This document shows, piece after piece, positions 46,303 through 64,000 of a DNA stretch of 64,000 bases (position 1 is the stretch's first letter; the number at the start of each line of letters is the position of its first letter). The stretch is taken from assembly GCF_009914755.1 (NCBI RefSeq), contig NC_060936.1; one strand, 5' to 3'. A program made the position numbers and the translations under genes. The notes below the pieces were generated by a model. It saw only the letters and a list, made by a program, of their open reading frames with translations, was not told where the DNA came from and did no database searches. The DNA is from the human T2T-CHM13v2.0 reference genome, Homo sapiens.

Positions 46303-46671
46303 TGATATGGTGTGGCTGTGTCTCCACCCAAATCTCATCTTGAACTGTAGTTCTTATAATCCCCACATGTCGTGGGAGGGACCCTGTCGGAGGTCATTGA
46401 ATCATGGGGGTGGTCACCTCCATGCTGTTCTTGTGATAGTGAGTTCTCACAAGATATGATGGTTTCATAATGGGCTTTCCCTCCCCTTTGCTCTGCATTT
46501 CTCCTTTCCGCCACCATGTGAAGAAGGATGTGTTTGCTTCCCCTTCCACCGTGATTGTAAGTTTGCTGAGGCCTCCCCAGCCATGCTGAACTGTGAGTCA
46601 ATTAAACCTCTTTCCTTTATAAATCACCCAATCTCTGGTATGTCTCAGCAGCGTGAGAATAAACTAATACA
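46303..46671 (+). mobile_element. THE1 (MaLR) solo LTR
   Basis: tgatatggtgtggctgtgtc...aaactaataca. Confidence 0.9.
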
Positions 46672-48858
46672 AATCTATCAAGCACCTATGTTTAATCCCC
46701 CTAACATCACAATAAAATTGTTGTCACTCCATTTTGCCAACAGTGAAACTGGGGTACAGATAGTTTAAGTAACTCTGCTGGTATGTGGCAGAGATAGGAT
46801 TTGAACCTAGTTCTTCAGACTCCAAGTTAAGGGATCTTTCCCTCTCCCCAGTGTCACATAACTTTGTGTAATTAATCTCCTCGGCTTCTGTTACTGTGTG
46901 GCCTTGCACTTCAGTGTTGCTTGTGTTATTTTAATTTGTTTATTGCTTACTAGTAATTGCATACGTGTCTGATTGCTCAAATGTTTCGGCAATGGCTCTG
47001 CATTACTCTTCCGGAAGCTTCAGAAAATGTTGATGGGGCACCAGCACAGGATGCAAATCAGACCCTTCATAATTAGAGTAACCTAGCTCTTGACATAATA
47101 CCTTCAAAATTACTCATATTCATTCTAACAAATGTTTAACCTTATTTTTGCTCCAGATAAACATGAGTTAAATGTGTACTCCACTTGAAGAAAAACAGTA
47201 TCAAGCCCCTTCCTGACTTACCATATAATTCAATTTGGCAGAAATCACTTCTGACTCACAAAACAATAACTTTGAGGCAGTTTTCCAGTTGCACTCTAAA
47301 TTATTTCATTTACAAAGAATCAGTCTTATATGCAATTTATAACACACAAATGCCTACCTACTTCTATTCAGGAATACATCTGCAGCCTGATGAAGGAAGA
47401 TTCCAGAAGGTGAAAAATTGAGAGCTTGAAAATTCAGTTTCTCTTTTAGACTTTCTCTACAGTAGGCTCACTATCACATTCTCTTCTCGCAAAAGGAAAC
47501 TGCTTTTTAATAATTTTATTTTCTTTTTCCCATTTTTCAAAAAATCTAGTATGCCAGAACTTAATGAGTTCTAACTGGAAAAGACTCCTTGGGCCTTTCA
47601 ACAAATACAAGATTGTTCCAAACAGAAATCTAACTATTAAACAAGGAGCTGAAGTCATTTCAGAAACAAGCAGGTGGTGTCCATTCAGCTTCAGGTATAC
47701 TGATCCCAGGGCCAACCAAAGATGTCAAAAATGACCAGCTTAAATTTTAGCCCTACTCGAACAGGAGCTACATCAACGTGCACCTGAACTCCGGGGAATC
47801 CATAGACTAAAACAGCCAGCGTTAGCCATCTGGGTGGTTGTGAGGTACCCATCCCCTCTTTATGGAGTGCCAACTGAGAAGGAGAGGTTCTAGACATAAC
47901 CTCAGACGTTTCCTGTGGAGACCAACAGAAATACCCAGATGTAGGAGAGGAAATACACAAAGCCAAGGAGTGGGGTTTGAGGTATTTGTTCCAGCTTAAG
48001 GAAACGACGGTTTTGCCTTCCTTTACTCACTGCACAGAGCTCTAGAGTTTTGCAAACCTCTTTATCCCTCTTCCCCTGAGACGAGTGCTCTCCACACGAA
48101 GCACATGAATGTGAGGGGGAATTGGTCGGCGTGTAAGAGACACGTTAGAAATGCTTTCCTAGTTTTCATTCGGGATGACACTGGCGCCCTCGCGTGGTAC
48201 GTAAGTCAATCCTCCGCGTGCATGGGATGCTGGTGCTCTTCCATGCCTGTTAGTTTTGGTATATGGCAACCCATTGCAGGGGACCTGTGCCCCTAACTGG
48301 TGATTATACTACTAAATTTTAAATTAAAATTATTCCTCACATAGTAGACAACAGGTTAAAAAAATTTCTGCAAAGAAACTACAGATAGAAAACATGAGCA
48401 AATAAGAACATGTCAGAGCTGGCACTTGATATTCCCAGGAATGACAATCCAGTCATATCTGACAATCATCATCATCATATCTAGCCAAAATACTCTGAAA
48501 CGCTCAAGGGGAGAGTTGAAATATGGAATTATACTCGCTATTGTTAATGATGAATTTTGCCTTGAGATATTAGCTAATGATAGCAGGAAGTCTTTGCTCT
48601 TAGCAAGACAGTAAATGAGTTACTGTGTGAAAAACACTTAAATCAATGCCTGGCATACAATTAACACTGTATCACTGTTAGCTGTTGTTATTTTAAAACG
48701 TTGCCTTTTCATCTTTATTGCCCTTAAATTATTAAAACATTTAAAAATTTTAAATGTATCTTTATAGTTTTAAAATAATTATATACTTTATGGATACACA
48801 GTAGTAGGTTATATATCAATAAATGATCAATAAATGAACAAACACATTGGGGGTGCAT

Positions 48859-49289
<431 letters not shown>

Positions 49290-50389
49290 AAAAAAATTGT
49301 TTTTAACTTACGATTTGGAGACTGTTAATTTAGAAATAGTTGTCTGAAGGGAAAAAGTGGTATCCTCCTGGTAGCATTCACAAGTCCTTAGCTTATTTAA
49401 TATTATTCTTCCCTTTGCCACCCTAACTATTCAGGTATTTATACAACCGGTGGAGGGGCCATATCAACAGCAGGAAAGGCCTATCACAAATGTAGAAATC
49501 CCACTTTGAGTGACATCTCATCGTTGATTTTACAAAATGTCCTGTATGAGCACAGAATGCACTTTCTACCCCGTCTCTCCCACTACCAAAGAAAAGGGAT
49601 TGATCACTTCCCCTTGGGGAAACAGAGTTGCCATATTTTTCTGTTTCCCCACTATATATGTGATTATATGGTTTGATTTCCACAAACTTTCTGGCCAGTT
49701 TTCCAGGAATCTCAGTGAAGATGATAATGCACAGTCCAGAGTATCTGCTATAGGCATTCCATCCACAGGGCTTTCAATGTCCAGTTTTCCATCTGATCCT
49801 CACAGTACCACAGTGAAAGGGAGAAGAATAAGCCAATGAGGAGGTAGAGATGAGAAAACATTTGAGTGACTTCATGAAAGACCTTCCTAGGGCTCACGTT
49901 CTATTGCTGTCCACATGGAGCCATGACCCTACAGCGTTGTTCGCTTTTTACCATACCTCTTTTTTTTTGACTAAATTGTTCGGATACTCTGCTCTGCAGT
50001 GGAGGAAAAAAATCCCTTAATTTCATATACTTTAATGAATATGCTGCTTCCTTCTCAGGATATGACAATATGAATTGCAGGTTTCTTTGGTTCAATTCCT
50101 CCAACATAATGAGGCAGTAAGGTGCAGGATAGGTTTAGTAAGTTTGACTTTTGTTTTTAAATGGCAATTTAGACCTGTCTTAAAACATTAATTTATAAAA
50201 GGAAGTACAAAGTTTATAACGGTTTTTGCTAAATTGCATTGTGATTTATTCTAGAATCAACTCGAGAATATTCTTAAACTATTAGTTTATACATCAACAA
50301 CTTCTCCCTAAATTAGTTTATGGAAAAAACATAAGTACTGTGAAATAATACTGAAGTGCAGTTGCCAATCCACTATTAGAAACAACAAC

Positions 50390-50600
50390 AACAATAGATA
50401 ATATTTATTGAGCACCTACCCCATGCACTATTCTAAGCACTTTTCATATTTTAACTCACTTCACTCTAATAAGCCTATGAAATAGTACCTGTTATAACCA
50501 ATTTACAGATGGGAAAATTGAGGTATGGAGAAGCCGACTGACTTGCACAAGATAACACATCTAGTAAGGGGCAGAGGCAGGATTCAAACTCAGGTATTCA
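50390..50600 (-). mobile_element. MIR
   Basis: MIR core. Confidence 0.75.
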
Positions 50601-51072
50601 TGCTTATCCAATCAGAGGGCTTTTTTTTCTTCCCATGGTTTATGCAAATGATGGTCTTTCTATAATTTAGCAAGAAAATGGACTATAAAGAGAAGATGAT
50701 AATTTCATTTTAGCTCTGTTTTTCATCTTAGTAACAGCTATTACAGTTTCTGAGTTGACAGGGGACACTGCTAACTAACTCCCATATCAAAAGAGAAATC
50801 ATAATGGAAATGAGAAAATATTTAGTGTCAAATTTTATTGAAATTATACATGTCAACATTAGGAGTTATTCTTCCTTGATGTCTGACTTTCTCAAAGAGA
50901 TTTTCCTGCTCCATGTCTCAACTGCTAATGGATACAGAGGCAGCATGGTGTAAGTCTAGACACTGAGGCCAGACTGCCTGGGTCGAATCAAGATCTACAC
51001 TTTCTAGCTCTGTGCCTCAGCTTCCTCACCAGTTAAAAAAGGCAATAATAATACATATTTATGCACATATTA

Positions 51073-51421
51073 CAGTTTGGGCACTCCTAATCCAAAAGTC
51101 TGGAAAATGCTCTGAAATCCAAAACTTTTGAGCACGGACGTGACATCACAAGTGGAGAATTCTACACCTGATCTCAGTGGGTCATGGTAGAAACACAGGC
51201 ACACTACATTTGGTTTATTTAGCAACCCCATGGAGAAATAAGACTACCTTCAGACTATGTGTGTAAGCTGCATACAAAACACTAATGAATTCTGTGTTTA
51301 AACTTGGGTCTCATTCCCAAGATATCTCATTATGTATATGCAAATAGTCCAAAATCTGAAAAAATCTGAAATCCAAAACACTTCTGGTTTCAAACATTTT
51401 GGATAAGGGATACTTAGCCTA
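51073..51421. mobile_element. Tigger4 (MER46/Zombi)-type TcMar DNA transposon inserted in a MIR
   Basis: Degenerate TIRs (cagtttgggcactcctaatcc / ggataagggatacttagcct), TA flanks, internal ttcccaagatatctcattatgtatatgcaaata. MIR halves at about 50935-51060 and 51425-51495. Confidence 0.75.
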
Positions 51422-51889
51422 TATAAGGTTAAATAAATTAATACCAGCAAGGCACTAAAATCGGCGTCTGGTACACGAGTGCTGAGTATTATTTATGGTT
51501 TTGGTTTTTTTTTTTAGAAGAAATGAAAGAAGAAAATAAAGTTTATTGCCCTTGACAATGTTCTTCCCACTTAAAGCTGTGGGAAGTCAGATTATAAGTG
51601 AAGCAAGAAGAAATTTCCATCTCAACATGATTTATTTTCCTTGCACCTTACATTTTGCCACAGTGGGAAACTATAGTGAAACCATGTTGTGTTCTCAGCT
51701 ACTATGTACATTTTGGTCAAACCTGGTCTTCAGAGTAATCCAACACCCACCAATAAGGGGCCTTTAAAGGGATTCTAGCTGACATCAGCCTCCTCAATTC
51801 CTGGTTTTAAAATCATCCATCTTAATCACTGGCAAGAGTTCTATGTCCCTAGAACTAAAAGAGTTTTGAAAGAAACCACTGCATTACTA

Positions 51890-51921
<32 letters not shown>

Positions 51922-51952
51922 ACTAAAAAAAAGAAAAAAAAAAAAAAAAACT

Positions 51953-52265
<313 letters not shown>

Positions 52266-53524
52266 CTAAGAAGAAAAGAAAATTCTTATTTTCTTCACAT
52301 GTGCAGAACAAGGAACAAAATTTTAGCATAATAAAATGAGATGAATAAAAGGCTGCTCCTATTGCATTTTTATAGCTGACATCATTGCAGGGAGCCAACT
52401 GCCTGATGAGGGCGAAATATTCCAAAGGGCTGCTGTTGTAGAACCAGAAGCAACCTTCATTTCATGTTTCGGGGGTGAAAGAGTACTTCTTACAAAAACA
52501 GATAAAAAGAATGGCAAAACCTCAGTTCGGAAAGTTGAAATAGTCCCTTTCTCATGTTCCTTTTGCCTTTCCCTGCCCCATTTTGATCCTATTTGCCTGG
52601 AGTTCCCACAGTGCTGCCCCGTCCTCTGCTGAGAAAGATAATCAGCTTTCCTCTCCCCTGCTGATGGTCTTGGCCGAGATGCTGACACAGCCATCTCCTG
52701 TTATTGTAATTAGACACTGAACTAGCAGATACTGAAACCACACACTTTGATGTGTTTTGGCTAAATTAAACAACACAAGGGTGCTCCTAAGGAAGTAGAC
52801 TTGGAATGCATGTGTTCAGAAGTCTAGTCTCAAGCCAAAAACAATCTGTTCGAAATAGGGAGTCAGACGTGGGCAAAAAAATTTCCTGGTTATGGCCACA
52901 ATACCCTAAATATTTCCCACCCACGCATCTTATGTAAGTACACGCACTTCTTAACACTAGGTTATGACATGCCTTTCAGAGTGATCTCTTTCTCCTTCCA
53001 CAGAGAAGTCACTTGGTACCCTCCTCCTCTTATCTCATTCCTGGAATGACTAAATATTTGGGAACTAAGAAGAAAAAGCTCTTGGAAAAGCTGTGTTTTC
53101 ACCTGAGTATGGCAATCAGTATGATAAATAAAGACTCTTTATAACCTTCCAAGTCAAAGGAAAGAAGAGCTAGCAATGGTGATTCATGTGCACAAATCTT
53201 GAGCTGGTTAATTAAAAAGCCTTCTGTGGGAATCAGGAGGCCATTGGGAATAAGGTATTGTCCTCAACAAGCTTACAGCAGCTTTCCTAAGAGACAGTCT
53301 CATGAAAGTGTCTTTTGGAAGTGCTAGAATTGTAGATTTCCTTCTTTCCTGGCCACCCATCCTGTTTCCAAATCAGTTCTCAGAGGTAGGCATGTCAAGA
53401 GGCTTGCACATTGCCAAAGAGTATCTATTTGCTATTTGCCAGACTGTGGGCTTATAGCTCTTCACATTAAGCTACCCAAAAATGATCCAGGCACAAGAAA
53501 AGTTCCACCTTCATTTGTCATTGA

Positions 53525-54198
<674 letters not shown>

Positions 54199-55577
54199 AA
54201 ACATTGCTTTCTTAACCCCAAAGGAGAAATGTTTATTGTTTCTGTATTATAAGTTATATCACTAAACTCTTAATTAAAAGACAAAACAGAACAAAACCTA
54301 GATCCATTCAAGAGTGTTGGAGATGGAGACTAGAAAACTTCAACCACATCCCCTTACATTTCTTCAGGCTAAAATACTACAGTGCAGAACACCTTAAAAC
54401 ATTTAAATTTGTGTGCCTTTTAAGTTTGTTTTGTTGTTGTTGTTGTTGTTTTACTTATTTCAAACATTGCTTCTTTAGCTCCTGACTTTTTACTTATATG
54501 CAGATGAAACCCGAAATTAATTTGTATTTTATTTCTTTTAAGTCAGGTGCCACTGTCAAGAGCTCAAACACGAGTCGGTTCCAAGATGGCCGAATGGAAA
54601 CAGCTCTGGTGTGCAGCTCCCAGTGGGATTGATGCAGAAGACAGTGATTTCTGCATTTCGAACTGAGGTACCTGGTTCATCTCATTGGGACTGGTTGGAC
54701 AGTGAGTGCAGCCCAAAGAGGGCGAGCCGAAGCAGGGTGGGGCATTGCCTCACCTGGGAAGCGCAAGGGGTCGGGGAATTCCCTTTCCCAGCCAAGGGAA
54801 TCCATGGCAGATTGTACCTGGAAAATCAGGACACTCCCGCCCAAATACTGCGCTTTTCCAATGGCCTTAGCAAATGGCACCTGGCTTAGCAGGTCCCACA
54901 CCTAAGAAGCCTTGCTCACTGCTAGCGCAGCAGTCTGAGATCAACCGGTGAGGCAGCAGCCTAGTAGGGGGAGAGGCGTCTGCCACTGCTGAAGCTTGAG
55001 TAGGTAAACAAAGCGGCTGGGGAAGCTCGAACTGGGCAGAGCCCACCACAGCTCTGCAAGGCCTGCTGCCTCTGTAGACCCCACCTCTGAGGGCAGGGCG
55101 TAGATGAACAAAAGGCAGCAGAAACTTCTGCAACTTAAAAGTCCCTGTCTATGAAGAGAGTAGTGGTTCTCCCAGCACAGAGTTTGAGATCTGAGAATGG
55201 ACAGACTGCCTCCTCAAGTGGGTCCCTGAACCCCGAGTAGCCTAACTGGGAGGCACCTCCCATTAGGGGCCGACTGACACCTCATACGGCTGGGTGCCCC
55301 TCTGAGACAAAGCTTCCAGAGGAACGATCAGGCAGCAACATTTGCCGTTCTGCAATATTGCGGTTCTGCAGCCTCCGCTGGTGATACCTAAGCAAATAGG
55401 GTCTGGAGTGGAACTCCAGGAAACTCCAACAGACCTGCAGCTGAGGAACCTGACTCTTAGAAGGAAAACTAACAAACAGAAAGGAATAGCATCAGCATCA
55501 ACAAAAAGGACATCCACACCAACACCCCATCTGTAGGTCACTAGCATCAAAGACCAAAGGTAGATAAAACCACAAAG

Positions 55578-56592
55578 ATGGGGAGGAACCAGAGCAGAAA
55601 AGCTGAAAATTCTAAAAACCAGAGCACCTCTTCTCCTCCAAAGGATCACAGCTCCTCTCCAGCAACGGAACAAAGCTGGATGGAGAATGACTTTGACAAG
55701 CTGACAGAAGTAGGCTTCAGGAGGTCGGTAATAACAAACTTCTCCAAGCTAAAGGAGGATGCTCGAACCCATTGCAAAGAAGCTAAAAACCTTGAAAAAA
55801 GATCAGATGAATGGCTAACTAGAATAAACAGTGTAGAGAAGACCTTAAATGACCTGATGGAGCTGAAAACCGTGGCAAGAGAACTACGTAACGCATGCAC
55901 AAGCTTCGATAGCCAATTCGATCAAGTGGAAGAAAGGGTATCAGTGATGGAAGATCAAATTAATGAAACAAAGTGAGAGGAGAAGTTTAGAGAAAAAAAA
56001 GTAAAAAGAAATGAACAAAGCCTCCAAGAAATATGGGACTATGTGAAAGACCAAATCTACATTTGTTTGGTGTACCTGAAAGTGACAGGGAGAATGGAAA
56101 CAAGTTGGAAAACACTCTGCCAGGATATGATCCAGGAGAACTTCCCCAGCCTAGCAAGGCAGGCCAACATTAAAATTCAGGAAATACAGAGACCACCACA
56201 AAGATACTCCTCAAGAAGAGCAACCCCAAGACACATTAATTGTCAGATTCACCAAGGTTGAAATGAAGGAAAAAATGTTAAGGGCAGCCAGAGAGAAAGG
56301 TCGGGTTACCTGCAAAGGGAAGCCCATCAAACTAACAGTGGATTTCTCGGCAGAAACTCTACAAGCCAGAAGAGAGTGGGGGCCAATATTCAACATTCTT
56401 AAAGAACCCAGAATTTCATATCCAGCCAAACTAAGCTTCATAAGTGAAGGAGAAATAAAATCCTTTACAGACAAGCAAATGCTGAGAGATTTTGTTACCA
56501 CCAGGCCTGCCTTACAAGAGCTCCTGAAGGAAGCACTAAACATGGAAAGGAACAACTGGTACCAGCCACTGCAAAAACATGCCAAATTGTAA
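55578..56592 (+). pseudogene. L1 ORF1p remnant (premature stop at 55974-55976 plus frameshifts)
   Basis: MGRNQSRKAENSKNQ... and ...RPALQELLKEALNMERNNWYQPLQKHAKL in separate ORFs. Confidence 0.93.
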
Positions 56593-56655
56593 AGACCTTC
56601 GGTGCTAGGAAGAAACTGCATCAACTAATGGGCAAAATAACCAGCTAACATCCTA

Positions 56656-60450
<3,795 letters not shown>

Positions 60451-60940
60451 ACAATAAGAACACTTGGACACAGGGTGGGGAACATCACACACAGGGGCCT
60501 GTCGCGGAGTGTGGAGCAGGGGGAGGGATAGCATTAGGAGAAATACCTAATGAAAATGATGAGTTAATGGGTGCAGCAAACCAACATGGCACACATATAC
60601 CTACGTAACAAACCTGCATATTGTGCGCATGTACCCTAGAACTTAAAGTATAATAAAAAAAAAATAATAAAATGCCAAATTACCACCAATTACAATTAAA
60701 AAAAAAGAGCTCAAACACAGGAAATGACATTCCTTCAGTAAATGCCTCATGGAAGCTGGGAGAGGCAGAAAACAGTTATATTATTTTCTCTACCAAAAAA
60801 AATGTGTTTAAGGTTTGCTTTAAAATGGGAGGCTGAAAAGGATAAAATAATTCTTTATGAATTGGTATTTGGGATGGCTAAGAGTTGTCTTTAAATCTTA
60901 ACACCAATTCATTATTATCTGTAGTAGAAAAGGTCATCTC

Positions 60941-61250
<310 letters not shown>

Positions 61251-61699
61251 CTACCATATTGCCACTCAATATAAGAAAGGTCATGAAATATAAAGTCACA
61301 CTTCTATTGAAATCCTCTGTACATCACTGATGTTTCTAACAAATAAAAAATTCCTATAATACTGTTTTCATTGTAAATTTCATGTTATTTTATTAAAAAT
61401 TTTAGGTTTTCTTTAACCTCCAAGGAAGGTGAAGATATATTATACATGAAAGAAATCTTTTGAAAACACATATTTTGACTTTACTAAATTTACAGGGGAC
61501 AAAAGAGGTCAAGAAAGGAGGGAGAAATTAAGCATATGTATTCCAGAGGGACTTCATGCATCTTCGGTTTGCCATCCTTCATGCCTGTCAACTCTGTTTG
61601 CAGATAAAACCATGATGCCATTATTTATCCTGTTGTTCCATTTTTTGCTTATAACATTATATGTCCACTTTTCCCATCCTTATCTTTCTTATCACTGTG

Positions 61700-63470
61700 T
61701 GGCCCATGCCATAGATACCTTCCCTCTTCACAGTACCCCTCTCTTCTTGGAGCTTCTAGAACCCCACTGTCATCATGTTTCTGTTACACACTTTTATACC
61801 TTCTGTGTCACCTAAGCCACTTCTATGGCTGCAACTATAATTTTCAATCTTGTAACTCCTTAAATCTAAGCCTCCTTAGGCTTGTGTGTGAGCTCCAAAC
61901 CCTTATTTCTAATTTCCTACAAAACACTTTCACCTGGAAAGGTAGAATCAGAATCAGTATACTCAAAACGCAAGTCATCATCTCTGCCCATCCCCTTACC
62001 ATCCAGTGGTCCACTTTTCAGTGACCAGCACCTAGTGGCTGAGCCTGGTACCTTCATCTTCTCCCTGTTCCAAGCAGTTGGTCATTTGCTCACCTTAACT
62101 GTATCTCTCATTTAATCTCTTCTGAGCCTGTCCCTTGCACTGATCAGTGCCTTATTTTAAGCCGTTATCATTTCTCACCCATATTTCTGCATGAGCCTCC
62201 TAACTAGCATCCCAGCCTCTAGGTTTGGACTCCTGGCCTTCCCAAGTCAGCCTTCCCACTGCCATCACTGTCTTGAGTCATCTTGCCCTTGTCTAAAATA
62301 CTTTGGTAAAAATCCCAGCTTATTATGGTGTATGATGACCCTTGTGATGCCTGCTTACTCTTCCTGTCTTGCCAACCCTCCAAGAGACCATATATTTTCC
62401 AAAACACAGGAAGACATGCCTCATGTGCTCTCATGCCAACCTGTCTTTGCCTATACATGTTCCTTCTATAAGAAACCCCCATTTCTTTTGTTAGCTCGCT
62501 TTACTTCTATTCACTTTCCAAGATCCCAGCTCTAATGTCAATTTCTCAAGGAAGGCTTTCCTAACCTTACCCATCCCCTTCTCCTTGGTTGTTCCCCAAA
62601 TCATCAGTGACCAAAATGAGTCAGACTTCCCTACAACCTGGGCTTTTCATCTGTCTCTGAAAACTCACTCCATTGTAGTACCACTGCCAGTGATCTCCCC
62701 AATCGACTCAGCATTAGGAGGATGGGAACTATGTTGTGTTTTGTCTCCTTATCCCAAAGCTCAGCATGCAGACTCAGAGTTCAATATGTTCAGTGGGTGA
62801 GGGAACAGGAAGGGTGGGTACAATCCGCTTTACTTATCTCTGTGGATGTTTTCTTGCCCTAAGCCCTGTACTATCACCATCCTTTCCTAAGTGCTACCAT
62901 ATTTGAGTTTTACCATTAAGGGCATGTCTTCTAGATGGGAAAAATCACTGGCCTCTTTTAACCAGTGTGTCCAGTGTCCTCTGCTAGTAAATTATAGAAG
63001 TGGAAGCCAAAGTCTTGACAGTGACCTTCAATGTCCTTCCCGACTGGCTCACTCCACTCCTATGACTTTTCTGACAACATTTCCTGCAATCCAGGCTTTA
63101 CAGTATTTCTGCTCCAACCACACAGACCTCCTTCCTAAACCCTGAGAACATAGGGCCGGCTCCCACCTTGGTGTCTTTCAATTGTCCAGAACGATAAATG
63201 CTCTTCCTTCAAATAGCTGCAATTTCAGATCTTTGCCCAAATGTCACCTTCTCAGTGATGCCTTCATTAACTACCCCGGCACCCTCAGACTTCCTATATT
63301 CTGGGTTCCCCACTTTGTTTTGTATCTCCATAGTGTCTATCATCTGGCACACTATATTTTGTCTCCCTCTACGAATGGAAGCTCCCTCTAAGTAGGGATT
63401 TTGTCTATTTCATTCCCTGCCAAATCTCCAGCATCCAGTTCTCAGTACATAGCAGGTGCTCAGTGATTTA
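61700..63470 (+). mobile_element. L2 fragments
   Basis: Pyrimidine-rich L2-like sequence with 3' ends near 62790 and 63465. Confidence 0.55.
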
Positions 63471-63519
63471 TCTTCCTCACTAGGTAATGGTTTTCAAATT
63501 TTTAAAAAGCAGCACAAAC

Positions 63520-64000
63520 AAAAATAACAACAGAACAGACAACCCAATTTTTAAAATGGGCAAAGGACTTGAATAGACATTTCTCTGAAGAACATATACA
63601 AAGGTCCAATAATGAAAAAATGCTCAACATCACTAATCATTAGGGAAATGCAAACCAAAAGTACAGTGAAATACTACCTCATACCCATTAGAATGATTAC
63701 TATTAAAAAAAGAAAACAGAAAGCAAGTGCTGGTGAAGACGTGGAGAAATAGGAACCCCTCTCCATTGTTGGTAGGAACGTAAAATGGAGCAGCCACTGT
63801 GAAAAACGGTGGTAGTCCCTCAAAAAATTAAACAGAATTATCACATAATTCATCAAATCCTCCTCTAGATATATAGCCAAAAGAATTGAAAGCAGGGACT
63901 CAAAGAGATATTTGTTCACCTATGTTCACGACAGCATTATTCAGAATAGCTGAAAGGTAAAAAATTCTGGCTCACATTACAACATGGGTAAAACCTTGAG
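63520..64000 (+). mobile_element. Old L1M (MB-like) ORF2 3' region, runs off the window
   Basis: aaatgggcaaaggacttgaatagacatttctc...gaattgaaagcagggactcaa. Confidence 0.85.

Overview
Human (primate) genomic DNA lying entirely inside the minus-strand gene PPM1H, a PP2C-family phosphatase known to dephosphorylate LRRK2-phosphorylated Rab GTPases. Two coding exons are recoverable with GT-AG boundaries: 36587-36931 (345 bp, FDGHAG motif, probably exon 3) and 22997-23109 (113 bp, ANAGDSR motif, probably exon 4, absent from the ORF track). The rest is repeat-rich intron: about 28 Alus including an AluYa5, a full-length but inactive L1PA6-like element with TSDs, older L1M/L2/MIR, solo LTRs (MER4A1 x2, THE1 x2, MSTA, MLT1, MER21, LTR33), DNA-transposon relics and a 7SL retrocopy. 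There is no prokaryotic-type system. The most unusual signals are: (i) two locally templated patchwork insertions resembling polymerase-theta or template-switch scars (12711-12799; 21593-21721 versus 22194-22245); (ii) a 7SL retrocopy whose deletions appear to remove both strands of one helix; (iii) an antisense L1 with a short 3' transduction and an antisense promoter pointing at PPM1H exon 3; (iv) CTCF-like and POU/SOX motif clusters. Repeat subfamily calls come from remembered consensus sequences, and old-repeat boundaries are approximate.
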